DNA of 64,000 nucleotides from Lepidodermella squamata (lineage: Eukaryota > Animalia > Gastrotricha): positions 3,782,001-3,846,000 of the forward strand of contig JBLDXI010000009.1 of assembly GCA_047495785.1 (NCBI GenBank), written 5' to 3'. Below are positions 14,097-26,406 of the stretch, one piece after another. Below the pieces are notes generated by a model, which ran no database searches, was not told where the DNA came from, and saw only the letters and a program-made list of their open reading frames with translations. The stretch's first letter is position 1, and the number at the start of each line of letters is the position of its first letter. The position numbers were made by a program, and so were the translations under genes.

Positions 14097-15207
14097 TGTA
14101 ATAAGCTTGGCCTAGAAAAAGGAAGAGCTTGTAATATGAAGTTGTTCATGATAAAGCATGTCATAGCTCGTTGTGGTCGAGTTACGAAGTTAACCGAGAA
14201 AACGCCAATGTCTCTGGGATAAACAGTTAGCAGCGCTTTACATATTAAACATCTAATATTAAAACTTAGAAACTACTATCACATCGGATTGCTTCACATC
14301 TATTACAGCAGAAGCCAGAAGGGAGAAGGGGTCCAGCGATCGCGGCAGGGATCCTAACCTGCAACAGTTCAACCATTCGCTTTCACGGCGCGCCGCTGAA
14401 AATGCCGGCCGTTGAAGGACCCAAAATCGAAAACATGAAACCACGTTGGTGAAAATTTTTATTCTGAAATAAGTTCTAAAACAATATTCTAAATTTTTCT
14501 AAATTTTATTTAATACGTTTTTTACGACTTGTTTGCTGCATGAAAAATATGCAGTTCGAGTTTCAAGTATGACGTTTGACCTTTTATGTTTGTCGTTCCG
14601 AAGTAGCAGGCTTTTAGGCGCTTGTTAGAAGGCAAGGGACTTCTCCGATACAATTCTAGATTAGATGCAAGTTTGATTCGTTGGACCCGTCTTCAAGCGC
14701 TCAAGGATCGTGCAGCGCAGGTTTAGAGCGGCGCAAAAAGCGCCAAATCCAGGTCAAAATGTCGTAAATGTCGTAAATGATGCACAGATCGAAGTAATTA
14801 CTGAATGAGATTTATCATCCAGGTATAATTCTGGACTTTTCGTGAATTGTATTCCATTCAAACATTCTGTTCATTGGTTTAAAAATCATCTACGCAGGTG
14901 AATTGAACAACCAATTCGGCATCCAATGAAAAAATAAACTTTTGCTGAGAGCTGATGGTCAGGATTCCAATTGAAATATCGTTAGCTTACGTTACCTCAA
15001 ATACCATATACGTTACCAAAGCGAAAACAAATCACATTTGATATCAGGTTTTGATAAATACCTTATGTTTTATCGCAAACAAAAGCCTACATCTTATCAG
15101 ATCTGCATCGGCGGCTTCTGAGTAGATAAGGACGCCGCTTAGAGCGATAATAGTCACTCTGAGCGTATTTATAACCTTTAATAAAGAGCAAAAGTAACTT
15201 ACACGAA

Positions 15208-18200
15208 ATGGTGGACTCACGCGATGTTAATGACATGGACCAACAGACGCTTTTCGCTTACGTCGCAAAAGGAAACGTTGCTAAATTTTCAAAGCTTCTA
15301 GCAAGCATGGATCTTCCTGGCTCAAAGTCTGATGCTTTGTTTTGGAGGGCTGGGACAGACTACGTGATAACAGCAACGATCCCACATCCTACGATTGCAA
15401 AAGCTGACTTTGCGCCATTCAGCCAACTTGTTTTACGAAACCCCACTCTACTAGCCGTAGCAATTTTCCACGATCAGGAAGCAATTGTTCAAGAAATGAT
15501 CAAACTCATAGCGAGCGCATCGGTTGGCGAAAGCGTTTCTGCAGCCATCGACCTAGGCAATGAAGTTTATGAGATGAACGCGAAAGGAGAGGTAGAATGG
15601 CGGGCGTCAGGTGTCTCTCCTTTAATGATCGCATGCATGTTGGGTTAGTTAATGCCACGGTTGATGGATGGATCGATTTTTTGTCTTTGAAACTGTTAGA
15701 TAAGAATAAGATGGCTGATCGGCTTCTTCAGGCGGGAGCCGACCCGAACGCCAAATCAAGCATCAATCGAACGCCGCTACACGAAGCGTGCTTTCAGGGT
15801 AACATTATCACAGCTCAATTATGTGTCTCTCATGGCGCTAGCGTTAATGTTGCCGGTAAGTTTATACCTCCATAATTCTGATATATTTTTAATGGAAAAC
15901 AATCGCAGAGCATGATGGAATTACACCTTTGATGCTGAGCTGTGCTAGGGGCGCAACTGACTTGATGAGGTTTTTGCTGTCGAAAGGCGCAGATACGCGT
16001 CAACTAGATTCAATGGGTCGAAACGCCTTGTTTTACGCGTTGCAAACAGCGCCAATCGAAACGGTTCGACAGGTGGTGATTCTCCGAAACGTTGGCGCAG
16101 GAATTATTTATTTATTTTTTATTCAGCTTATCAAATCCGACAGAAATTGTTACGTCCGAGATTCCGATGGATGCGGTGCTTTTCTCACGGCTTGCAGGAT
16201 GCAACGCTTGGAAATGGTCAAATTTTTTTTAGAAGAAGCCGACCAACTCGGCCTGAGAAACAGCAACGCAAAACCTGAGGCTCTTATCAACGAGCGAGAC
16301 CACACTGGGCGAAATGGCCTCCACATCGCAGCCGAGATAGGCTCAAAAGTGCTGTATAATGAACTCGTGGCCGCTGGTATATCAAATGAGCCTGATAATG
16401 AAGGTCGTTCGGCTCTTATGTTGGCCTGCTTAACCGGCAACGTTGATTTCGTTGAATTTTTGATTGAGCAAAACCCAGCCGGTCTAACCGATCGGCTGCA
16501 TCGCGATTGTAAAGGACGAAATGCGATTTACTATGCAATTACTGCTGGAAGTGTAACTTTGATTGATTACCTGATTGAGCATGGTGTCCCACTTGAGACA
16601 ACGCCTAATGGATTAACCCCATTGATGCAGGCAGCAGGCAAAGGTATTTATAGCTATAGTGCCGTAAAATTACTCACTCAAGTGCAAGGCTTAGAGCATA
16701 GAACAGAAAAATAAGGCCTAATTTGCATTTCGCAGCAGTTTTATTGCTTTTTTCGCGTATTTTTCATATTTTTATGACAAACAGTTATGCATGATTACTA
16801 TACTACACGTTATATTTATGATCACAAGTATGATTATGATAATGATTGCAGGTAAGACGGAGGTAATCAAGTACCTAATGGAACACCGGGCTCATTTCAA
16901 CATCGACATAAATGCTTACGATAGCGACCAATGGAACGCGGCTATGTACGCGGCCTCTGTTGGATGCCTAGAATCACTTGAGGTGCAAAAAAAGCTACTG
17001 CGAAAACACTCATCTATTGTTCTGCTCTGTATTTGTTCCGAACTATTATAGGAACTTGTCGATTCTGGCATAGACTTCAGGCTTACCGCTGACGGTCGGT
17101 CTCTACTAATGGAAAGCGCTTACCACGGCCATGTTGATATGGCGCGTTATGTTTTGGATGAGATGAGGCGCCGGAAAATAGGCGCCAATGATCCGGGCGG
17201 CTGTCGACACTGCGACGACGAAGGCTGGAACGCGGCCATGTACGCCCTAGTGGCCCCGGAGGCAGACGCGAGCATTCATTTGTTGGAACTATTTCAAAAA
17301 TCGGCCGGCGTTAAACCGGTTACAACGAAAGCAGGCGTGACCGCTCTCATGGAAATCGCGATGAAAGGTGATTTATAATTTTTATACTCGGAGTAAAAAT
17401 ATTTCTCGAAATGAATTTTTTTAATGGAGATTTATGAAACTAAATTAATCAATTAATTTCAACTACCCATCGATTTTAGGAAGCGTGGTCATGACTAATT
17501 ACTTGCTGGAAAATTGCGACGACTACTCGCTTGATTTGCTAGCTGTCGATAATGAAGGTGCGAAACCACTTAATTAAAGTGATAATTTTTGAAAAATAAT
17601 TTCCCATCCAAAATTAATGTTACCAGGTGCAAATGCGCTGAGCTACGCTGCACTTGGCGGTTCGGCGTTGGTATTCGACGCAATCCGCGCACGTGGCGTC
17701 CCTTGCGTCTCCGACTCTACCGGCCGCAATGTTTTAATGTTGGCCGCCGCGCGCGGCCACGCCGATTTAGCCGCTCACATCCTAAACAACGCGTCATCGC
17801 TCGGAATCGATATTCACGCAAGTGATAATTCGGGACGGAATGCTATTTTTTACGCATGTACTGGTGGATCAACACCTTTGATTACTCAACTTTTCAACAG
17901 TGGAATCGAACCGATCAAGGATCAATCCGGCCTGACTGCTTTAATGTCTACCGCGGAAAACGGCAATTCCGACCTGGTTTCATGGCTGGTCTTCAACTCA
18001 GACGGCAAGCTAACCCTGGACGATACGGATAACAAAGGCCGAAATATTTTGTTCTACGCGCTTCGTTCACGGAACTTGAAGCTAGTTGAACAGCTGCTTT
18101 TCGACTCAAAATTAACGACAAAATTAGCCGAAATTCCTATCGAAGCTTCTCCGATGATTTGCAAAATTCTGCAGCGACTTCTAGTCTCGAACAACACCAA

Positions 18201-19542
18201 GGGCAACAAATCGGCAAAAAATCATCTGAAAATATTTTTCGAAAAATTTACATCCCTCGACATTCCGTTGAACGCCGTCGACGAGAATGGCCAATCGATT
18301 TATTTTTACCTGTTGCTGGCTGAAAAGCGGGATTTATTGGAGAAATACATAGAATATTACGACGCGAAATCGGCTCAGTTCCACCGACACGGTGTAACAC
18401 TGCTAATGCACTCATGCGCGTCGTCTCTCTACGAAATCGTTCGATTGCTGTTGGATAAATGCCGAGATTTACGAGCCCTATTAGCGGCTGAGGATAAACA
18501 AGGCCGAACTGCGCTGACCTACGCGACAGTTTCACATAACGCCAAAATTGTTCGAGCGTTGATCGAACGCGGCGCGAAGTTGACCGTGGACAAAAACGGC
18601 CATACAGCCGTGACGTACGCAATTCAAGCGAGAAATCTACATTTAGCGCTGCTGATTTTAAACTCGAGTATGGAAGTTCCTAGCGAAGTTGGGACGATGC
18701 GAGATACGGAGGGTAACCAATTGCTGCACTACTGCGCGAGGCATGGCGGAAATTCTCAACTTGTCGAACTTATCATCCACCGAACTAAGGCCGATATCAA
18801 CTCAAGAACAGCTTCCTCAGGTTCTAAAACCGCGTTAATGATAGCTGTAGCGAGTGGAAATGTCGAAATTGTGAAAAGTCTGCTGAAACTTGGCGGTTCC
18901 ATTTCGGCAACTGATAGTGATGGTAAAACTGTTTTGCATCTATTGTTCGAAGCTGCGATCGAGTCGCGTTCCTACGGCAAACGCGGAGTTGAGTTACCTG
19001 TTTTGACCCTCCTGAACCTTTTATTATCCCATTCGACCTCTAAATCTTTGATCAACGAGCAAGATCGAGATGGCAAAACTGCTTTGATGCTAGCTTGTTC
19101 TGGCGGTTACCCTGAAGCGGCTTTCATTTTACTAGAAAATGGCGCGAATTTAGATTTGAAAGACAACAGCAGAAAAACAGCGATTGATCTCGTTGAGGGA
19201 CCGAATTCGCAATTCATCGATCAATTTCGAAGGTTCCTTAACTTGGTTAAACAACCTAGCAAAGTCGCTAGTGAAGTTTTGGATAATTTCAAAAACGATA
19301 TTTTCGAGGCGTTGACTGCTGATAATGTTGATGATAATTCTTCGATGGATCGTGATTCATCTACGGTGGCTGATCTGGTCAAACTGGCTGAGGCGGAGAA
19401 GATGCCTGGTCGCATTAGCGATGACGTACCGTTTCGGCAGATTTGCGCTAAACTAGAGCGCGATAACGATTTTTGGCCCATTGGCGCTGTTTTAAAGTCT
19501 GAATTTTATAAAGCCACATTTTCTAACGAATTGTTTGTTTAA
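15208..19542 (+). CDS. Large multi-ankyrin-repeat protein, about 8 exons
   Basis: Many G-R/K-N/T-AL and TPL(M/H) ankyrin repeats across ORFs 15208, 15597, 15929, 16791, 17109 and 17617, linked by short GT-AG introns. No other domain recognised. Confidence 0.88.
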
Positions 19543-19674
19543 AATAAAAAATTGAATTGAATTTTTAATGGGAAATTTTTATTGCAAATAGTTTGTGATC
19601 AATCAGTTTCAGCTATAATTTTAATATAAAATATCATACGGGCTATTTTCAAATATTATAAATTTTAAAACTAT

Positions 19675-22023
19675 TCAATGATTTTGAGCTATCAGCGAGT
19701 CGGTTCTGATTCTCGGTAGAGCGAAACTGTGCCGCTCATCCTCGTCGCTTTTGTTGCTGGGCTGAGGAATCGGGAAACTGATAACTGAAAAATTCAGCTC
19801 ACTCGAGAAGGTAGTCATTCTCGGAAAGGCGGATCCATCCCGAACGTCGTTAACATTTTCTTTGCTTATGAACAAACTAGGGACACTCACGACAGATGAT
19901 GAGTAAGATTCACTCGAATTGCTCATCGTCTCGATTGGAACTGCCCCGTAGGCGAGTAATAATTTGATGATTTTATGCCGCTGGCCGGCTTGTCGGAACG
20001 TGCCAGCTTCAGGTTTCACCATTTTAGCCATCATCATCGCCGTCCAGCCAGAATCGTCTGTCGCGTGAACATCGGCGCCTAACTGAAGTAAACATTCTAC
20101 GGCTCCAGCTTGGAAATTTGAAACAGCTCGGTGCAAAGGCCGCTGGCCATTAACGTGGCTTTGCATGTTTAAAAGAGCACTATTTCGCTCCACCAACACT
20201 CTAAAAATTCATCAAAATTAATTTTCAAACATTTGAAATAATGTTTATTATTTTCATTTAATTAAATTTTATAAATTTGAAATTTTGAAATTTTTGAAAT
20301 TAAATTTGAATTAAAAATATTTCACCTTATTACGCTGGCCTGACCATGAAAAGCGGCTAAATGTATCGGTGTTTGCCAAAAATCAGGGTGTTCCCTGCCT
20401 GATCTCGCCTTGACCACAGCACCATGATCTAGCAATAACCGAACCACCTCCGAATGTCCCTTCACAGCCGCAATATGCAACGCCCGTCGGCCATGCTTCC
20501 CCTTCAAATCAACACTAGCGCCTTTTTCCAGCAAACACCGCACAGCTCCAACTTGCCCAGTGAACGCAGCCAGGTGCAACGGCGTGTTGTGATGGGCGTT
20601 CCTTCGCTCGAGTAAATTATCGAGAATCGGTTTAGGCCAACGTCCAGGCTCTAGGAGGGTCTCAATACTCGCGACCTGGCCGAACCAGGCCGCTAAATGA
20701 AGCGGCGTATTGCCGAAATCGCCTTCGACGGACGTTTTAACAAAGGGATTTGCGCCGTTTTCGAGCAGCAACTTGACACATTCGACTCGACCCTCGGCAC
20801 ATGCATAGTGGAGAGGGCTTCGTGCCCACTGGCCTCTGGCGTTGATAATAGCGCCGAAATGGAGCAGTAAGGCTGCGGTTTGCTTCGAGCCGTACTGACA
20901 GGCGACGTGAAGTGGGGTGTCTGACTGCGAATTATGGCCATTTACAGCCGCGCCAAGTTGAATTAAAGTTTCCGTGGTATCAACCTGGTTGAAACGCCTA
21001 AAAAAATAAAAAAAAAATAAAAATCAATTGAGATATAACAAGTTAAGGGTTCCAGCACTAAATTTGAAGATCTAGCACTAGATTTTCCCAAGGTTTGATT
21101 CTTAGAGTTATTCGCATTTCCTAAAATTCGATTATTTTCATAATGGTTAACCGATAGGTCACCCTATTTTATATTTTATCGGTGTTTCAGAGTTGTCAGA
21201 GTCGGATCGGATCTGAAGCTGTCCGAAACTTCAGACCCGATCCGACCTGATCCGGGTTTAAAACCAGGCACTTTTCTGAGTTTTATTCTCTTCAGGGGAG
21301 GACATTTTGGAGAATTTCAGATCACATACCTATTCACCCAAACCTCGCGGATTTCGGTTTTCTTTCGATTTTCCCACTAAATCATGGTATTTAATGGATA
21401 GATATCGACGTAGGCATTTATAGCTACTCAATGGCCACACCGTATCATAGTCGGGTCTGGTACCGGGATCTGGATCCGACCTGGACCCGGGTCAAACTCG
21501 GGTATGAGCAGTAAGTTTATGAGATATATTTCAGCCTAAATAGCCGATATCGATTCGAAGTAACGATTTTTCCTGATTTTATCTACCGTCGTGGAACCCA
21601 ACTTGGATAATTTTTCTACCTTGTTAATTGTACCTTGCTGAAACATTAAAAAATCCCAGATTAAGGAAGGCATCAGTATCGATCAAGAAAATAAAAATCG
21701 CATTAAATCCGAAAATTAAGTCCTGGACTCTTAACTGTTGCAATGAACCCATGAAAAACAATACATTTAAATAAATTTACGCTGCGTTGTGAAGAGGCAT
21801 GTGTCCATTCGAATCGACTCGATTTATGAGTTTATTCAATGTAGTATCGAGCCCAATTAGCCTGTTAACCGACCAGGTATCGCCAGTTTTTATCGCAGCG
21901 ACTAATTGAGCCATCTAAATTTTCAAAAATTTAATTCAATTTACAGGATATTTAAAAAAAACCAACTCTTTTCTCAGGATTTCGCCGCAATTCTGCGCGA
22001 TCCGTCTTCATTTGCAGATACAT
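19675..22023 (-). CDS. Ankyrin-repeat protein, about 4 exons
   Basis: Exons about 22023-21967, 21914-21781, 20997-20326, 20201-19675. Repeats GHMPLHNAA, DTPLHVAC, RSPLHYAC, GNTPLHLAA, NTPLHLAA, GRRALHIAA, QTPIHLAA, GQRPLHRAV. Confidence 0.88.
21047..21730. mobile_element. Non-autonomous DNA transposon with TTAA target duplication (Kolobok-like), inside an ankyrin-gene intron
   Basis: Left end TTAA|GGGTTCCAGCACTAAATT; right end AATTAAGTCCTGGACTC|TTAA, forming an imperfect TIR of about 17 bp that starts with purines. Internal GATCCGACC-type repeats. Confidence 0.55.
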
Positions 22024-23093
22024 CTCGGCCCAAGTTACTCCGCGCTGTTATAATAGTAAAACGTTAAAATAGAATATAAGCCAAGTGTTATTATCGATAA
22101 AAAATGCAGGCAAGGCAGTGCACTATTTGTTTACTCAAGTTGAGAAAACTAATCAGCTAGTACTAAAAGGTGTGAGGACGTACATGAAGTTTTTGGAGAG
22201 GCTGTTCGGCCATAATTTGTCGGTTTTTCCTCGAATCGATTTGATCTAAAAAGCAGCAGCAATCGCTGGTGCTTCTTGTGATAAAAAATTATTATTTTCT
22301 CGTGTTGATTTAGCTGTGCATCTCTGAAAGCTTGCCAAATTACTTCGAATAGCACGCGTCATAGTTGTTTTTTGCCGACAACCCGGTGATTGTGAGGGGG
22401 CAGGTGCCATCGAATGTTTTAAGAGCGAGATCTTATTAATGTTTCATGCGGTCGGCCGGTATCGACTCTTCCATGGTAACACTTGAGTTTTATTAAAAGG
22501 CCTCGAGCACAAGGCCTTCTAGAAAGATTGAACGCCTTGAAAGATACGGTTCAGCTTAGATATTTAGTCAAGCATATCACGTGATTCCTTAACCACAGAC
22601 AACTTACCGAAACCGCAAAAATTTTGACAATCTTTTCGCCTTGCGTTCATCTAGAAAAATTTCTTGTTACCATCACCTGGTATAGTCTGGAAGATCAGTT
22701 TTCCAGCGTTTTACCAACAAATATAAAAGCATTTCGAAATAATTACACTGATTTAAAAAACTGGTGACTGTCCTATATTTGATGATCCTTGAAAAATCGC
22801 CTGTCCAAAATGTGCCAATAAATTGTTAAAAAATAGTTAAAACATATAATTACACAAATCGCTGAAATGTATGTACTTGGTCAAGGGCTATATATGCGAA
22901 CCATAAATTTATTTTAACCTATTTTGACCGATAAACATAACTAGTGAATGAGTCAACGCAAAGAAAACATTCGAAAAATATTCTGTACACTGGATAATAT
23001 ATCATAAGAGGCAGTCTTATAGGTCAAGAGTAATGTCTCCTGATGTTCCGAAATTCAAATTAGAGAATAGCGTGAAAGGAGTTGACAGAGCAG

Positions 23094-26000
23094 CTACATG
23101 CCCTCGTAGCATTTGAAAGGATCCGAGTACGGCGGTGTTGCATCCGAAACCTGACAAGGAGCAGATAAATAAGAACATTCAATGAGGATAAAAGTGACCC
23201 ACCTCGGTTTGCGGTTTGCAGCCGAAATCCACACGTCGGCAATCAGCGAACGGCTTGCCTGTTACGTTTCGGTAGCAGCGGATGTATTTCTGTTCACAAG
23301 GGTTTATTACAAGCGATTATATTGGCAGTAGCGAGAGGTACCCAATTGAGATCAGCCCGATGATTACACGCCAGCAGATTGCGGCCGAAAAAGGAATACG
23401 TGTTGAACATCTAAAGTAGTAGAAAGATGCCACAAAGTCGCAGACAAGTTCCAACATTTTGAGAACTCACAATTTTGTCCTCACCGGAAAGGCAGCCCTG
23501 TTCGCCGGCAACGCAGCGGAATGTCGAGCCTTTGACGCATTTCTTGGCATTCTGCGGGAAAAGAAGCACTAATTTGGCCACAAGATTTAAAAATGTTAAC
23601 TCACGCCTTTGTTGCAAGTGTCCGTGAAACGAGCTGGCCATTCTTTGAAAGGAGTTTCGCCTGCCAAGCAGTACGGTCTGCACGCTTCAAACTGGCCAGT
23701 TACCGAGTTGATGCAACGCGAAGCCAATTGAGCTACATAACAATAGACGATCGGAAATATAATGAAGATACAGACTCTCAAATGGAGAGTTGGATTTTTT
23801 AGAACTATTTAGCGAAAATCGCTACAATTTTGATGACCTACTGCAGCTTTTAATTCTGTCCGCGTTCCCGCAGTCGGTAAGTCCACCGTTACTCCAGCAT
23901 TGCAAAGAAGTAAAATAAACATTGCGGCACCCATTTCCAGAAGTATTGAAATCGCCCCTCGGAAGATAATAGTAGCGCAAGCCAAAATCTTCGGACCAGC
24001 GCGAGCATGTTTCACCTGTTGAGGTCTTAGAAATGAGTGATCCGTCATAGTCACTTGCGATGGGCGTGATTCGGCATTCCTTGCTTAACTCGGTTGCTTT
24101 CACGCCTGGACAAGTTGCGAAGACTGTCACTGTGGTGCCCTGACCCGATTGCTGGATAGGTATGCTCGAGTAGACTAAAGCTTGATTTTTATTTGTCACA
24201 AAAACACGGCCACGTGCGGCGGCGATGTTGCAGAACCTAATTGTAGTAACTGGTGAGGCCGTAAAGCAAAACTTATTTCGTTGAACTTACTGGAATCCTG
24301 GAACTCTGCTCTCCGGTCCCAAGTCTCTTATAAGGACGAAGTTCAGACAATTGACAGCTCCTGAAATTCGAGTTTTATTTGATGTATATTGGAAAATAAA
24401 TCAATGTGCCGACTGAACAAATTGAGAGCGGGCCAAGCCGGGAAAGCGAATACCAATCCACTCGTTTCACCCTGAAAAAGGAAAGATACAATCACTTGCG
24501 GGCAATCGCAGGAATAGTAAATGATTCTCGAACCGTTTTGACACGCCAAGAACAACGAGTTGAATTTGTTGTGCCAACTTGAGGAGTCGGTATGTCAACG
24601 GTAGTACAAGGTTTAACGTAGATTTCGCCGCCGCAGCCGTTCGTTGCATCTGTTGGGTATGGAATTTCGCAAAAATCGCCACCAAGACCAACCGGGCAGA
24701 AGCATTTCGTGCAGTTCACGCTCGGATTCGGGTAGCCACCATTTTGGCATGAAATTGTCGGGTTCGTGCACGGATCTGAACCTGAAAGAGTATACGTGAT
24801 CGGACTGATGAGAGGTGCCATCTCTAGGTACGTATTGCACCAGAAGATGTATGCAATTGAATTTCGGCTCAAGCGATATCTTTCCATGAGATGATTTCTG
24901 ATAATAAAGCATGTCCCCCAAGTATAAAACGCAAACAAAGAAAGTGCACGGAAAAGGGTTCAGAAACTCTAAAATTACAGGCGAAGTCATATTTAACGGC
25001 CAGAAATATCTTATTAGACAATTTCAAAATGCCGCTAGAATAGTAATCAGGTAAAGTAATCGTAAAAGTGGGATTAAAATAATTCCCTTGGTCAATACCA
25101 ATTCTGGGCGATTTGTTGGGGTAAATAGTTGCCAGAGACATAAGATGTTAAAAACCATATTCCCGGCCAAGTTATGTTTGGTTATGTATGTATGTATGGT
25201 TCCGCTACAGCATATTTGGTTCCGCTCACCGTAAATTTGTTTCCGGTAAAGTAGAACCCATAAATAATTAATAATTTAACAAATAAATAAATAATTTAGT
25301 TATAATGAAATGACAAATTTCATCAGTCCACTCAGGAATAAGAAATAAATGGTTTGAAAGGCAATTTTTCAGTCAAGTTATAGATGCAACTTACTATAGC
25401 AGTTGTAAAGCGTGTTCAACTTCACCATGTCGAACAACGACAGATATGCAGTCTGTCCTAAGCTTGGTATATATCGCCTCTCGAGCGGGTACATTTCATT
25501 CACTAATAGTTTGCCTTTCCCAATCTTTGTTGTAGGGTTGAACAATGACTCATAGTCAAAGGGAGTCGCGTTGTAGTACATTTGCGCCGTATTTATCGGG
25601 AAGCTATTGAGAAAAATTCAAATACATTTTCTCGCGACAGCAAGAATAAAAGCAAACCTGTTCTCGAAACCAGGGTAGGGAGTGAGATATTGATCACGAT
25701 CCGGTCGCCTGAGTTCATACGTTAGCCCTAGGACGTAGCCAATTTTTCTAATCACGAATTGAACCTATTTCAAAGTCAATTTATTTGATTTTCAAGTTTA
25801 TCATCTGAAACTTACCGCGAGGCTAGAATCATCGATGCCGACATAATACTTTACTCCAATGAACTTCTGAGGATAGTCACCGCCATGAAAGCCAATCGAG
25901 CTCCTAAAGATCATGAGTGTAATGAAGATTTATCATGCTGGAACATAGCAACTCACCCTATTCCCAGGAAGAGAATCGAGTTGGATGTATTCAGGTTGAT

Positions 26001-26406
26001 AGACGGTCTTTCCTCGAACCTCAAGCAGGTGACCGATTCGATTTGAGCTATGGCTTGCTTGATAAAGCCGATGTCATACTCAGCTGTCATGTAAAAATAA
26101 TTAAAATAAAATTCATCAGATAATTGTTCGGTCAGGTATGAACTCACTGAGAGCTAAGTCGCCGGGAGTGCTTAATCTCCAGGTTCTGTTGTTGAATGCG
26201 TAAGGTATCGGCAGTGGCCACGGTTTCGCCGGCGGTTCACCGGGAGAGAAGCCATCATAAAATTCGAATAGGGTCATATTTATCGAGCCGATTGTTGGGT
26301 CATCATCGTTGGTAAAGGTATAAATGCTCGATACATCGTTGCCTGAGGAGAAGCGGTGGAGAAGCAAGCAGGCCAACGCAAGCAAAATGCCACGCGCCGT
26401 CATCAC
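23094..26406 (-). CDS. Secreted astacin-fold (M12A) pseudo-protease with EGF, CUB, kringle and Cys-rich/sushi-like C-terminal modules
   Basis: Signal peptide; astacin landmarks WPLPIPY, IKQAIAQIESVTCLRFEER, RPDRDQYL, FDYESL, LGQTAYLSLFDMVKLNTLYNC; EGF CQNGGYPNP..CFCPVGLGGDFCE; CUB CGG..CSWRVK; kringle YDGSLISKTSTGETCSRW..NGCRN. Exons below about 23800 are less certain. Confidence 0.82.
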
